Origin: an uncultured Bacteroidota bacterium
GTDB lineage: Bacteria; Bacteroidota; Bacteroidia; Bacteroidales; 4484-276
Direction: 5' to 3'
NCBI GenBank assembly: GCA_937950125.1
Contig: CALFEP010000039.1
Span: 3,079-67,078 of the forward strand
Length of the DNA stretch: 64,000 nt
In this document: one piece after another, positions 19,793 to 29,928 of the stretch
How the letters are laid out: each line of letters begins with the position of its first letter
Numbering within the stretch: position 1 is the stretch's first letter
Made by a program: the position numbers and the translations under genes
The notes under the pieces: model-generated
Database searches by the model: none
Told to the model about the DNA's origin: nothing
Seen by the model: only the letters and a program-made list of their open reading frames with translations

Positions 19793-20761
19793 ATGAATTT
19801 ATCCTATCAGGAAATTCAACAAATTGCTGCACAAACGCTTAATATCGAATCGAAGGCCATTGGCAACCTTACCCGTTACATCGACGAGGATTTTGCCAGG
19901 TGCATCGAACTGATTTTCAAAAGCACCGGTCGGGTGATCATCACCGGTATTGGAAAAAGTGCTATTGTAGCCGAAAAAATAGTTGCAACACTGAATTCAA
20001 CTGGTACTCCGGCAGTTTTTATGCACGCTGCCGATGCCATTCACGGCGATTTGGGAATTATTCAAAAAGACGACATCGTCATTTGTATTTCAAACAGCGG
20101 CAACACGCCCGAAATCAAGGTCTTGATCCCATTTCTGAAAATGTCGGGGAATAAGCTGATTGGGATGGTTGGCAACCGTGAATCGTACCTGGCCCGGAGT
20201 GTAGATTTTGTTATCGAAACCACCGTCGAGCAGGAGGCTTGTCCCAACAACCTGGCTCCAACATCAAGCACAGCCGCACAAATGGCCATGGGCGACGCAA
20301 TTGCCGTCAGCCTTTTGGAATACCGGGGTTTTACCCCCGAGGATTTTGCCCGTTACCATCCGGGCGGAACCTTGGGAAAAAAACTTTTTCTCAGGGTTGG
20401 CGATCTTTATCCACAAAACGAAAAACCTATGGTTGACGCTGAGCAGGATATTCCCTCAACAATCATCGAAATTACTTCAAAACGGCTGGGAGCGACTGCA
20501 GTTATCAAAGACAACAAACTTATCGGGGTGATAACTGATGGAGACCTGCGTCGGATGCTTCTCGCCGGAAAACCGCTTTATTCGCTGAATGCCAGCGACA
20601 TAATGACAAAAAATCCAAAAACCATTGAACCTGAGAGCCTTGTCGCGCACGCCCTCGATATTATGCGTACCAATAACATCACGCAGCTTCTGGTAGCAGA
20701 AAACAATGAATATCTGGGGGTTATTCATCTTCATGATATTTTAAAAGAAGGCATTCTTTAA
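19793..20761 (+). CDS. kdsD: Arabinose-5-phosphate isomerase (KpsF/GutQ/KdsD family; SIS plus 2 CBS domains)
   Basis: SIS motif VIITGIGKSAIVAEK, then HPGGTLGKKL, with tandem CBS domains at the C-terminus. Confidence 0.9.
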   Translation: MNLSYQEIQQIAAQTLNIESKAIGNLTRYIDEDFARCIELIFKSTGRVIITGIGKSAIVAEKIVATLNSTGTPAVFMHAADAIHGDLGIIQKDDIVICISNSGNTPEIKVLIPFLKMSGNKLIGMVGNRESYLARSVDFVIETTVEQEACPNNLAPTSSTAAQMAMGDAIAVSLLEYRGFTPEDFARYHPGGTLGKKLFLRVGDLYPQNEKPMVDAEQDIPSTIIEITSKRLGATAVIKDNKLIGVITDGDLRRMLLAGKPLYSLNASDIMTKNPKTIEPESLVAHALDIMRTNNITQLLVAENNEYLGVIHLHDILKEGIL

Positions 20762-20994
20762 AAGCAGTCATCATTCAACCCATGTTGTTTTATTTTTTCA
20801 CAGACGCCTGGGTTTGAGATGGCATGATGCCGGAAAAGGCATAAATGATCAGTTTTTTACTTCTTGCACAAATTGAACTTTCAAAAAATTTATCCATCAG
20901 ATTTATGCCATGAAAACAGGGCTCATGTGCTCATTGGTGAATTTTACAATAAAAACTGGCTGAAAATTGTTTATTCAACATTGTTTTTTGGCCT

Positions 20995-23475
20995 ATGAAG
21001 TTTTTTACTTTCCCATTGGGATTATTCGTGCTGGTTTTTTTTCTTGCTGCCTGTCCTGAATTATTTGGGCAGACAACAAAAATTATGGGCACAGCCAAAG
21101 ATGCCCAATCGGGAGAGCCGTTACCATTTGTCAACATCGTTTTCAAAGGAACCACCATTGGCGTTACTACCGGTTTTGACGGTAATTATGCCATCGAAAC
21201 CAAAAATCCCGGCGATAGTCTCATCGCCTCTTTTATTGGCTATATCCAACAGGTTAAACCTGTCGAAAAAGGAAAGTTTCAGTACATCAATTTTATTATG
21301 GAACCCACCAACTTTGAACTCGAAACGGTAGTTATCAAAGCTGGTGAAAACCCAGCCGAAGTGCTGCTTAGAAAAATTATTGCCAACAAACCCCTGAATG
21401 ACCCGGATAAATACGATGCATATCAATACGAGGCCTACAACAAAATTCAGATTGATGCCAACAACATCAACGAAAAATTCATGCAACGAAGAATTTTCAG
21501 GCCTTTTCAGTTCATTTTTGATAACGTTGACACCTCAACCGTTAATGGGAAAACCTACTTGCCTATTTTTCTTTCCGAGTCAATTTCAGAAGTTTATTCA
21601 AAACGAAATCCCAGGGCCACAATCGAATTCATTAAAGCAACCAAGGTTTCGGGCATCGAAAACGAAAGCATGATGCAGTTTTTGGGTGATAAATTTCAAC
21701 ATACCAACATTTACGACAATTTTATAGAAATTTTTCAGAAAAACTTCGTCAGCCCGATAGCAAATTCCGGAATAAGTTTTTACAAATATTACCTTATCGA
21801 CAGTGCTTTTCACGGCAACAAATGGTGCTATAAAGTGATGTTTAAACCCCGCCACAAACAAACACTCACCTTCACCGGTCATTATTGGGTACACGATACA
21901 ACCTTTGCAATCAAGGAGATAGAAATGAAAATTGCCGGAGATGCAAACCTGAATTTTGTAAATGATCTGGTGATTTCGAAAGAATTCGATTTAATAGATG
22001 GAAAATACTGGCTCCTGACAAAAGACTATGCCATCGGCGATTTTAATGTGATCGAAGACAACAAGGAAGTGCTTGGATTTTTCGGAAGAAAAACAACCAC
22101 CTACCGAAATTTTTTCATTAACCAGCCAAAAGATGACAAGTTTTATTCCCGACCGGTAAATGTAATTGTCGAGGATAGTGCCTCGCTCAAGGAAAGCAAT
22201 TTCTGGATCGAAAACCGGCATGAAGAGCTTACCCGCGACGAAAAAACCATTTACTTCATGGTTGATACCCTGAAAACAATACCCCGGTTCAACACCTATA
22301 TTGATATTATTCAAATGATTACAACCGGGTATTATGTGACTGGAAATTTTGAAATCGGGCCTTATGCCTCATTGTTAAGTTTTAATGCTGTTGAAGGAGC
22401 TCGTTTGCGGTTTGGAGGCCGAACAAGCAATCAGTTCAGCAAGAAAGTTATGTTTGACGCTTACGGCGCCTACGGAACCCTTGATTCGCGCTGGAAATAC
22501 GGCGGTGGATTTCTTTACATGTTAAATAAAAATCCACGGAGGGCTTTGGGCGGATCATTCAAATACGACCTCGAACAATTGGGTGCAAGTCAGAATGCTT
22601 TCCGGGAAGATTTTTTCTTTGCCTTCATCTTCAGAAGAAACCCGGCTGACAAGCTTTCGATGGTGGACGAAACCCGGCTTTATTACGAACACGAATGGTT
22701 TAATGGCTTTCAGAATACCTTTAATGTGATCCACAGAAATTTGTATCCTATCGGAGATTCAAAATTCGAATATTATCCCACACCCGACAGCACCGTTGAC
22801 CAAAATGCACTCACCACCACCGAAGTACGCCTGAGCACACGGCTGGCATACAAGGAACGGTTTCTGATGGGCGAGTTTGAACGGGTTAGCCTCGGCGCCA
22901 AGTTCCCAATCCTTGAAATTGCTTATGGTTACGGCATTCCCGACAGGCTCGGCGGTGAATTTGAATATCATAAACTTCAGCTTCGTTTAAGCCATTGGTT
23001 TAACCTGGCCAATTTTGGCTGGTCGAAATATGTACTCGAAACCGGCAGAATATGGGGAACCCTGCCCTACCCCCTCCTTAAACTTCACGAAGGCAATGAA
23101 ACCTTTTTCTTCGACGAATACGCCTTCAACCTGATGAACTATTACGAATTCGTGAGCGACAGATACATTTCGGCCTACTACACCCATCATTTTGATGGCT
23201 ATTTTTTCAACCGTGTTCCGTTGCTACGCAAATTAAAATGGCGTGAAGTAGCTTTTATAAAAGGCCTGGCAGGGGGGATTGGGGACAATAACCGCACGTA
23301 TTCGGTTTTTCCTGAAAACACATCTTTCCTTGATAAACCATACTTTGAAGCAGGTGCTGGCGTCGAAAATATTTTCAAATTTTTGCGTGTGGATGCTATC
23401 TGGAGGCTTTCATACCTCGATCATCCCAACATTACCCCATTTGGCCTGATGATGAGTATGCAGTTTTCGTTTTAG
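20995..23475 (+). CDS. CarboxypepD_reg-like domain plus DUF5686 outer-membrane-associated protein
   Basis: Signal peptide is followed by [39 protein letters not shown] long beta-rich region follows, ending in ...MSMQFSF. Confidence 0.7.
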   Translation: MKFFTFPLGLFVLVFFLAACPELFGQTTKIMGTAKDAQSGEPLPFVNIVFKGTTIGVTTGFDGNYAIETKNPGDSLIASFIGYIQQVKPVEKGKFQYINFIMEPTNFELETVVIKAGENPAEVLLRKIIANKPLNDPDKYDAYQYEAYNKIQIDANNINEKFMQRRIFRPFQFIFDNVDTSTVNGKTYLPIFLSESISEVYSKRNPRATIEFIKATKVSGIENESMMQFLGDKFQHTNIYDNFIEIFQKNFVSPIANSGISFYKYYLIDSAFHGNKWCYKVMFKPRHKQTLTFTGHYWVHDTTFAIKEIEMKIAGDANLNFVNDLVISKEFDLIDGKYWLLTKDYAIGDFNVIEDNKEVLGFFGRKTTTYRNFFINQPKDDKFYSRPVNVIVEDSASLKESNFWIENRHEELTRDEKTIYFMVDTLKTIPRFNTYIDIIQMITTGYYVTGNFEIGPYASLLSFNAVEGARLRFGGRTSNQFSKKVMFDAYGAYGTLDSRWKYGGGFLYMLNKNPRRALGGSFKYDLEQLGASQNAFREDFFFAFIFRRNPADKLSMVDETRLYYEHEWFNGFQNTFNVIHRNLYPIGDSKFEYYPTPDSTVDQNALTTTEVRLSTRLAYKERFLMGEFERVSLGAKFPILEIAYGYGIPDRLGGEFEYHKLQLRLSHWFNLANFGWSKYVLETGRIWGTLPYPLLKLHEGNETFFFDEYAFNLMNYYEFVSDRYISAYYTHHFDGYFFNRVPLLRKLKWREVAFIKGLAGGIGDNNRTYSVFPENTSFLDKPYFEAGAGVENIFKFLRVDAIWRLSYLDHPNITPFGLMMSMQFSF

Positions 23476-23484
23476 CATAGGGCA

Positions 23485-23589
<105 letters not shown>

Positions 23590-23616
23590 GAGGGTTGGAT
23601 GTTTATTTGTGTGGTT

Positions 23617-23649
23617 TTGGGCGGGATAGGGGTTAAATGAATAGTTTTG
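23617..23649 (+). promoter_or_regulatory. Candidate Bacteroidota-type promoter for lptB
   Basis: TTG (23617-23619), a 22-nt spacer, then TAGTTTTG (23642-23649, matches TAnnTTTG). It lies 36 nt upstream of the ATG. The spacer is slightly long. Confidence 0.3.
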
Positions 23650-23684
23650 ATTTTGATTATTAACTTTAAAAAGAAAAGACAAGA

Positions 23685-24410
23685 ATGGTTCTGCGAACAG
23701 AGAACATTTTTAAGAAATACAAGCACCGGATGGTGGTGAACGATGTTTCAGTCAACGTGGAACAGGGCGAGATAGTTGGGTTACTGGGTCCCAATGGCGC
23801 CGGCAAAACCACCACTTTCTACATGATGGTGGGATTAATAAAGCCATTTGCAGGGAAAGTAATGTTAGACGACATGGAAATTACACGTGAACCCATGTAT
23901 CGCAGGGCGCAACTGGGAATTGGCTATCTTGCGCAGGAGGCTTCCGTTTTCAGAAACCTGAGTGTGGAAGACAACCTGAAAGCCGTGCTTGAGTTTACCA
24001 GTTTTACCAAAACCGAACAAAAGGAGCGGCTCGAGAACCTGTTGGACGAATTTGGACTGAATCATGTGCGTAAAAGCAAAGGCATCACCCTTTCGGGAGG
24101 TGAACGTCGCCGGACGGAGATTGCCCGTGCACTGGCCGTGAATCCGAAATTCATCCTGCTCGACGAACCTTTTGCAGGCGTTGATCCAATTGCTGTGGAG
24201 GATATTCAATCCATCGTATCGAAACTGAAAGACAAAAACATCGGAATTCTCATTACCGACCACAACGTTCACGAAACCCTGTCGATTACCGACCGGGCCT
24301 ACCTGCTTTTCGAAGGGGCAATCCTTCGTCAGGGGACAGCCGAACAGTTAGCTGAAGATGAACATGTGCGGAGGGTTTATCTGGGGCAGAACTTTGAGTT
24401 GAGGAGGTAG
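23685..24410 (+). CDS. lptB: LPS export ABC transporter ATP-binding protein LptB
   Basis: Walker [10 protein letters not shown], signature [15 protein letters not shown] and Walker [13 protein letters not shown]. Size is typical at 241 aa. Confidence 0.9.
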   Translation: MVLRTENIFKKYKHRMVVNDVSVNVEQGEIVGLLGPNGAGKTTTFYMMVGLIKPFAGKVMLDDMEITREPMYRRAQLGIGYLAQEASVFRNLSVEDNLKAVLEFTSFTKTEQKERLENLLDEFGLNHVRKSKGITLSGGERRRTEIARALAVNPKFILLDEPFAGVDPIAVEDIQSIVSKLKDKNIGILITDHNVHETLSITDRAYLLFEGAILRQGTAEQLAEDEHVRRVYLGQNFELRR

Positions 24411-24446
24411 TTAAAACTAATTATTGTCAAAAAACAATTTACACAG

Positions 24447-25529
24447 ATGAAAGAAGATCAGAAAAATATCCCCCTCCATGCTTATCAGGAATTTCTAAAC
24501 GCAGTTGTGACGTTGGTACAAAACCACAGAATTATTGCTGTTCAGGCGGTTCAATCTTATGCTAATCAACTCTATTGGAGTATAGGAGAGCTAATTTTAA
24601 AGAAACAGACAGAATTTGGTTGGGGAAAATCTGTTGTTGAACAGTTGAGTAAAGATTTAAATCATCAACTTGGCAATGCAATTAGCTGGTCGCCCCGTAA
24701 CTTATGGTTCATGAGGCAATTGGTAAACGAATATTCAATTCTGAAGCAAGCTGCTTCAGATTCTCAAATTCTGAAGCAGCCTGCTTCAGAATTAGAATTG
24801 GAAACAGTGAAAAAGTTAGTTTCTGAAGTTCCCTGGTGGCACAATATCCTGATAATTCAGAAAGTAAAAGACATAAATGCACGAATTTTTTATCTGCAAA
24901 CCACCATTAAAAACAAGTATAGTCGCGCTGTTTTACTTCACCAGATTGAAGCTGACGCTTATAATAACTTCCTCCTAAATCCATCAAAAAACAATTTTAA
25001 AGCCGCCTTACCCGAACATTTGATTGAACAAACTCAAGAAAGCATCAAAAGCGTCTATTCTCTTGATTTTTTGGACATCAATCAACCTATTTCAGAAAAA
25101 AAACTCGAAAATTCGATGGTTGAAAAAATAAAACGTCTGATGATGGAGCTTGGCTATGGATTTTGTTTTATTGGCAATCAATACCGCTTATCATTAGGCG
25201 AAAAAGATTACTACACAGATTTGTTATTCTACCACAGGATTTTAAAATGCTTAATTGCTGTTGAATTAAAAGTTAAGGAATTTGAACCCGAATTTTTGGG
25301 AAAGCTGGATTTCTACCTGCAACTCGTTGATGAACAATTGAAGCAACCCGATGATAAACCAAGCATAGGCATACTGCTGGTACCCCTTAAAGATCGTCTG
25401 GAAGTTGAATATGCTTTACGAACTGTAAATAAACCCATTGGTGTTGCGAAATACACTTTGAGTAAGCAATTACCAGACGAATATAAAGGTAAACTGCCAT
25501 CATCAGAAGATTTTCACAAAATGTTATGA
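24447..25529 (+). CDS. PDDEXK-superfamily nuclease-domain protein (YhcG/DUF1016 family)
   Basis: The C-terminal core YYTDLLFYHRILKCLIAVELKVKEF shows a D...E-L-K pattern typical of DUF1016. A YhcG-like N-terminal helical domain precedes it. Confidence 0.75.
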   Translation: MKEDQKNIPLHAYQEFLNAVVTLVQNHRIIAVQAVQSYANQLYWSIGELILKKQTEFGWGKSVVEQLSKDLNHQLGNAISWSPRNLWFMRQLVNEYSILKQAASDSQILKQPASELELETVKKLVSEVPWWHNILIIQKVKDINARIFYLQTTIKNKYSRAVLLHQIEADAYNNFLLNPSKNNFKAALPEHLIEQTQESIKSVYSLDFLDINQPISEKKLENSMVEKIKRLMMELGYGFCFIGNQYRLSLGEKDYYTDLLFYHRILKCLIAVELKVKEFEPEFLGKLDFYLQLVDEQLKQPDDKPSIGILLVPLKDRLEVEYALRTVNKPIGVAKYTLSKQLPDEYKGKLPSSEDFHKML

Positions 25530-25537
25530 ACCAGAAC

Positions 25538-25564
25538 AAGTGAAATTATATTCACTTTATTTTT
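25538..25564 (+). terminator. Weak AT-rich hairpin plus T-run after the YhcG-like gene
   Basis: AGTGAA-attata-TTCACT followed by TTATTTTT. Confidence 0.35.
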
Positions 25565-25646
25565 AACAGGTTTAAAATGTGATGATTAAATTAGGTTCTT
25601 CGTGGATATTAGGGATAAGTCAACTAAGTTTAACAAAAGTAATTTC

Positions 25647-26411
25647 ATGCAAAAACTCTCCGTCGTAATCATTACCTTCAACGAAGAGCGCAACATCGCC
25701 CGGTGTCTTGAGTCGGTGAAAGACATTGCCGACGAAATGGTGGTAGTGGATTCGTTTTCGACCGACAACACACGTAAAATAGCCGAATCCTATGGTGCAA
25801 GGGTAATTGAACACCCTTTCGAAGGGCATATTCAGCAAAAAAACTATGCTATTACTCAGGCAACATACCCTCATCAGCTTTCGCTGGACGCCGATGAAGC
25901 GCTAACCGAAGAACTCCGGCAGGAAATAATAAAAGTAAAAGAAAACTGGCAATCCGATGGTTACCGGATGAATCGCCTGTCCAACTATTGTGGCCGGTGG
26001 ATCAGGCATGGTGGATGGTACCCCGACACTAAACTCCGGCTTTTCGATTCCCGCAAAGGAGCATGGGGCGGAACCAATCCCCATGATATTTTCGAAATGA
26101 AAAAAAATTCCAAAATCAGTTTTCTGAAGGGTGATTTTCTGCATTTTACCTACTATTCGCTCAAAGAACACCTTGATGTTTCGTACAAATATGCCGATAT
26201 CATGGCCGGCGAAATGCTGAAAAAGAAGAAGAAAGTTGGTTTTCCTAAAAAATTTGCTTCACCCATCATCAAGTTTATCAAAATTTACTTTTTCAAAAGA
26301 GGTTTTCTGGATGGAGGTTTGGGACTGATGATTGCCTGGACGGCAGCCTATTCCACCTTCTTAAAGTATGAATTGTATTCTCAAAAACGAAAGAAACTGA
26401 ATGAAAAGTGA
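25647..26411 (+). CDS. Family 2 glycosyltransferase (LPS core type, WaaE/KdtX-like)
   Basis: LSVVIITFNEERNIARCLESV...VVVDSFSTDNT is a GT2 N-terminal DxD-type region. The ATG at 25647 is preferred over 25602. Confidence 0.8.
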   Translation: MQKLSVVIITFNEERNIARCLESVKDIADEMVVVDSFSTDNTRKIAESYGARVIEHPFEGHIQQKNYAITQATYPHQLSLDADEALTEELRQEIIKVKENWQSDGYRMNRLSNYCGRWIRHGGWYPDTKLRLFDSRKGAWGGTNPHDIFEMKKNSKISFLKGDFLHFTYYSLKEHLDVSYKYADIMAGEMLKKKKKVGFPKKFASPIIKFIKIYFFKRGFLDGGLGLMIAWTAAYSTFLKYELYSQKRKKLNEK

Positions 26412-27216
26412 AGTTGACGGGATCAGCCTGATTATCACCACCTACAACTGGAAAGAAGCCCTTTCTGCAGTTTTGCAGTCAGTAAAAAAACAATCGGTTT
26501 TACCGAACGAGGTTATCGTTGCCGATGATGGATCGCGGGAGGACACCAGAATGGCAATTCATGAAATGGCAAAAGACTTTCCGGTACCATTAATCCATTC
26601 CTGGCAGGAAGATCTCGGATTTCGCGCCGCCATGTCGCGCAACCGTGCCATTGCCAAATCATCCTCGCCCTACATGGTAATCGTTGACGGCGATATCATC
26701 CTGCATCCTAAGTTTATTGAAGATCATTTTCGCTGTGCCGAAAAAAATTGTTTTGTCATCGGCTCAAGGACCTTGTTGTCAAAACAACTGACTGAAAGAA
26801 TCCTTCTTGGTGAAAACATTGAAATCTCGTTCTTTTCCAAAGGGATTAAAAACCGGAAAAACCTGATCAACAACAGTTTTTTATCCACTTTATTTACACG
26901 AAAAACCACTGCTTTGAAAAGAGCAATCAGTTGTAACATGGGTTTCTGGAAAGACGACATTATTAAAGTCAACGGGTTTAATGAGGATTTTACGGGTTGG
27001 GGGCGCGAAGATTCCGAACTTGTTGTAAGGTTGCTCAATGCTGGTTTTGTCAGGAAATCACTAAAATTCAAAGCCAACGGTCTGCACCTTTACCATCCTG
27101 AAAATAACCGTGACCGGCTAAGTGTTAACGATGGCCTGCTGGCGGAAACAATCGCGAACAAAAAAACAAGGTGCGAAAATGGCATTTCCAATCATCTTTC
27201 AATAGCAAAGATTTAA
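26401..27216 (+). CDS. Family 2 glycosyltransferase (galactosyltransferase-like C-terminus)
   Basis: ISLIITTYNWKEAL...VIVADDGSRED and GWGREDSELVVRL. It overlaps the upstream GT2 gene by 11 nt. Confidence 0.8.
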   Translation: MKSEVDGISLIITTYNWKEALSAVLQSVKKQSVLPNEVIVADDGSREDTRMAIHEMAKDFPVPLIHSWQEDLGFRAAMSRNRAIAKSSSPYMVIVDGDIILHPKFIEDHFRCAEKNCFVIGSRTLLSKQLTERILLGENIEISFFSKGIKNRKNLINNSFLSTLFTRKTTALKRAISCNMGFWKDDIIKVNGFNEDFTGWGREDSELVVRLLNAGFVRKSLKFKANGLHLYHPENNRDRLSVNDGLLAETIANKKTRCENGISNHLSIAKI

Positions 27217-27283
27217 AACCCGGAAATTACCACCTGCTTTGCCTGGAAAATGGCGAAGATACCTTTCAAAAATTGCGAATTTC

Positions 27284-28033
27284 TCAAATGTACCCCATTA
27301 ATTTGTAGTAGGTTATGGCAAAAAATTCGCGGATCAGGATGATCTCGGTTTTCAGGTAATTCCACATATTGTAGCGTAAACTCAGGCTCCTGTCGAGGTT
27401 TTTCAGTTTGTCCTGTCTCTCATTTTCGGTAAGCAGTAGATTTTGATCGAAAGCGTGCTCAAATGCCGGGAAACCTGCTACCTGACTGAATCCACACTTT
27501 TTAAAAGTAAGCACACTCCGGTAAACATGCTCGGGAGAAGTTACCACCAGAATCCCCGCTGAAGTATTTTCGTCAAGCATTTTCATAACATTGCAGGCTT
27601 GCGAATGTGTGTTTGTGCCTTTTGTTTCGAACAAAAATCTGTCGCTGTTTACGCTGTCTTTAACAATTTCGAGGTACATTTTCCAGGCTTCGCTCTTTTC
27701 GGGAATTGTGTCATCAGAAGGCAGGGCAATAATGATTTTTGATGCGGAAAAGATTTTGGCTGCCTTTGCGGCAAAATGGCAGCGCATCAAACCGTCAGGT
27801 CCCGGCATTCCGCCGGCGCCCATCACGACAAGATAGTCCGGGGTAAAATCAACCTGCGATTTGCTGGTTCCCAGCCAGTAATAAATCCAGAATGGCTGAC
27901 TGGTGAAGCTGAAAATGATGAGGATCGTTGTAAAAATGCCCAGGGAAATCATCATCATTTTCAAAATCCTGATGATGCTTTTCAAATATTTTCCGCTTTG
28001 ATCTGTTATTCTTTTCATTTTGAACGATACCAC
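27284..28033 (-). CDS. YdcF/DUF218-family protein (ElyC/SanA-like), membrane-anchored
   Basis: An N-terminal TM anchor is followed by a YLVVMGAGGMPGPDGLMR...ILVVTSPEHVYRS pattern. Confidence 0.55.
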   Translation of the reverse strand: MVSFKMKRITDQSGKYLKSIIRILKMMMISLGIFTTILIIFSFTSQPFWIYYWLGTSKSQVDFTPDYLVVMGAGGMPGPDGLMRCHFAAKAAKIFSASKIIIALPSDDTIPEKSEAWKMYLEIVKDSVNSDRFLFETKGTNTHSQACNVMKMLDENTSAGILVVTSPEHVYRSVLTFKKCGFSQVAGFPAFEHAFDQNLLLTENERQDKLKNLDRSLSLRYNMWNYLKTEIILIREFFAITYYKLMGYI

Positions 28034-28094
28034 AAAAGTAGTGTGCTAAATAAATCAAAAACGTTCTATTTTTACGCTTTTTATTTTGAAAAAC

Positions 28095-29669
28095 ATGACA
28101 TTACCTGGCTGGATAAACCGAACCAACATTTATTATTTCACACTGGTTCTTACACTTGTGGCACTGCCACTCTCTAAATATGTGATGAGCATGGCGCAGC
28201 TGATGATGGTGACCAACTGGTTGTTCGACCCATCGTTGTTGAGGAAATTCAGGGATTTTTTCAGAAACCGGGCTGCCATGGTCATCGTTTCTTTATTTGC
28301 ATTGCATGTGGTGGGCTTAATCTGGACCACCGATTTCGATTATGCCCTGAAAGACCTGCGCACCAAACTACCAATTCTGGCACTCCCAATTATCATTTCT
28401 ACCTCGCCAAAAATTGACAAAAAACTGTTTTATCAGTTCATGGTCCTGTTTATTGCTGCAAACGTGGCGGGTTCGCTTTTCAGCATAAAGGAACTTTTGG
28501 CAAAAGACATTCACGAAATCAGGACAATTTCATTGTTTATTTCACACATCAGGTTTAGCCTGAATATTTGTGTTGCCGTATTTTCAGGAGTTTATCTTGT
28601 TTTTGTGGTTAAATTCGGGAATACAGCCGTCAAATCGGCTATTTTGGCGGCAATCGTCTGGCTGCTGGTTTTCATGGTTATCCTCGAAGCCATCACGGGG
28701 TTGGTTATTTTCCTGATAACATCTGTAATCCTGTCTGTTCTGCTCATTTTCCATTCAAAAAACAGGTGGTTACGATATTCAACGGCATTGCTGGTTGTGG
28801 TTCTGCCGGTATTCATTTTCTTTTACCTGCGCGGGATTTATCTCGAAACAATCCCAAAGAAATCCTTTAATGATCCGGAACTTGAACAATTTACAACACT
28901 TGGTAATCCTTACCTGCATGATTCAACCCTGAAAGGAACTGAAAACGGTTATTGGACAGGCCAGTACATTCAGCAGGACGAAATGCGCGAGGTGTGGAAC
29001 GCACGTAGCAACATTAAGTACGACAGTGTGGATGCTTCAGGTAACTATCTCCGTTTTACGCTGATCCGTTTTCTTACTTCGAAAGGATTGCGTAAAGATG
29101 CTGCCGGTGTAAAAGCTCTGAATGAAAAGGAAGTTGAAGCCATCGAAAACGGAATTGCCAATGTACGTAATTTAACCAAAACCAGCCTGAAAACCAGAAT
29201 TATGACCATTTTCTGGGAACTTCAGTTGTACCGCGAATCGGGCTATATGAGCGGACATTCGGTAGCACAAAGGTTTGAGTTCTGGCGGGCTGCAGGACGC
29301 ATTATTCAGGAAAATTTCTGGCTGGGAACCGGAACAGGCGACATATTTCAGGCCTTTCAGGTTGAATATGACGAGATGCAAACTTCGCTTGAGCCCCTTT
29401 ACCGCTGGAGAAGCCACAACCAATACATGTCGATGCTGGCGACATTTGGTATTTTTGGATTGTTGTGGTTTCTGGTGGTGATGGTTTATCCGGCATGGCA
29501 TCTCAACATGTACCGCGACTATTTTTACCTTGTATTTTTTATTATTCTTTTAATTTCAATGATAACCGAGGACACCATCGAAAGCCAGGCTGGATGCACG
29601 TTTTATGCGTTTTTTACGTCCTTCTTTTTGTTGGCAAGAAAAGAAAAAGACACACGCTTTGTGAAATAA
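28095..29669 (+). CDS. O-antigen ligase (Wzy_C) family membrane protein
   Basis: About 10 TM segments with a large loop containing WLGTGTGD and RSHNQYMSMLATFGIFGL. The ATG at 28095 is preferred over the TTG at 28086. Confidence 0.75.
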   Translation: MTLPGWINRTNIYYFTLVLTLVALPLSKYVMSMAQLMMVTNWLFDPSLLRKFRDFFRNRAAMVIVSLFALHVVGLIWTTDFDYALKDLRTKLPILALPIIISTSPKIDKKLFYQFMVLFIAANVAGSLFSIKELLAKDIHEIRTISLFISHIRFSLNICVAVFSGVYLVFVVKFGNTAVKSAILAAIVWLLVFMVILEAITGLVIFLITSVILSVLLIFHSKNRWLRYSTALLVVVLPVFIFFYLRGIYLETIPKKSFNDPELEQFTTLGNPYLHDSTLKGTENGYWTGQYIQQDEMREVWNARSNIKYDSVDASGNYLRFTLIRFLTSKGLRKDAAGVKALNEKEVEAIENGIANVRNLTKTSLKTRIMTIFWELQLYRESGYMSGHSVAQRFEFWRAAGRIIQENFWLGTGTGDIFQAFQVEYDEMQTSLEPLYRWRSHNQYMSMLATFGIFGLLWFLVVMVYPAWHLNMYRDYFYLVFFIILLISMITEDTIESQAGCTFYAFFTSFFLLARKEKDTRFVK

Positions 29670-29918
29670 CAAATGACAAAATTCAAATAACAAGTAAATT
29701 CCAATTTGAGTACAAACCACCCCGAACAATAAACGACAAACAAGGAACCCGCCCTTCGACAGGCGTTCGACTGAGCTAAGCCGAAGTCTCAGGGCTCGGT
29801 GAGCTGAACAACGAACAAGGAACAAGGAACAAGGAACAACAAACAAGGAACCCGCCCTTCGACAGGCTCAGGGCTCGGTAACCCGAACAACAAACAACGA
29901 ACAAGGAACAACAATAAA
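29668..29918. repeat. Heptanucleotide-periodic array (GAACAAS units, degenerate A-rich units at the 5' side) embedding two copies of a hairpin core
   Basis: gaacaac gaacaag gaacaag gaacaag gaacaac aaacaag lies between core 1 (29748-29799) and core 2 (29851-29878). It resumes as gaacaac aaacaac gaacaag gaacaac aataaag. Confidence 0.85.
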
Positions 29919-29928
29919 GTTTATCAAA

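Noticed and set aside
20838-20909. A 9-bp perfect inverted repeat, GGCATAAAT...ATTTATGCC, separated by 54 nt in the kdsD to DUF5686 intergenic region.
   Set aside because: The stem is short and A+T-rich with a large loop. It has no T-run or associated motif and no second copy. This is too weak to call a feature.
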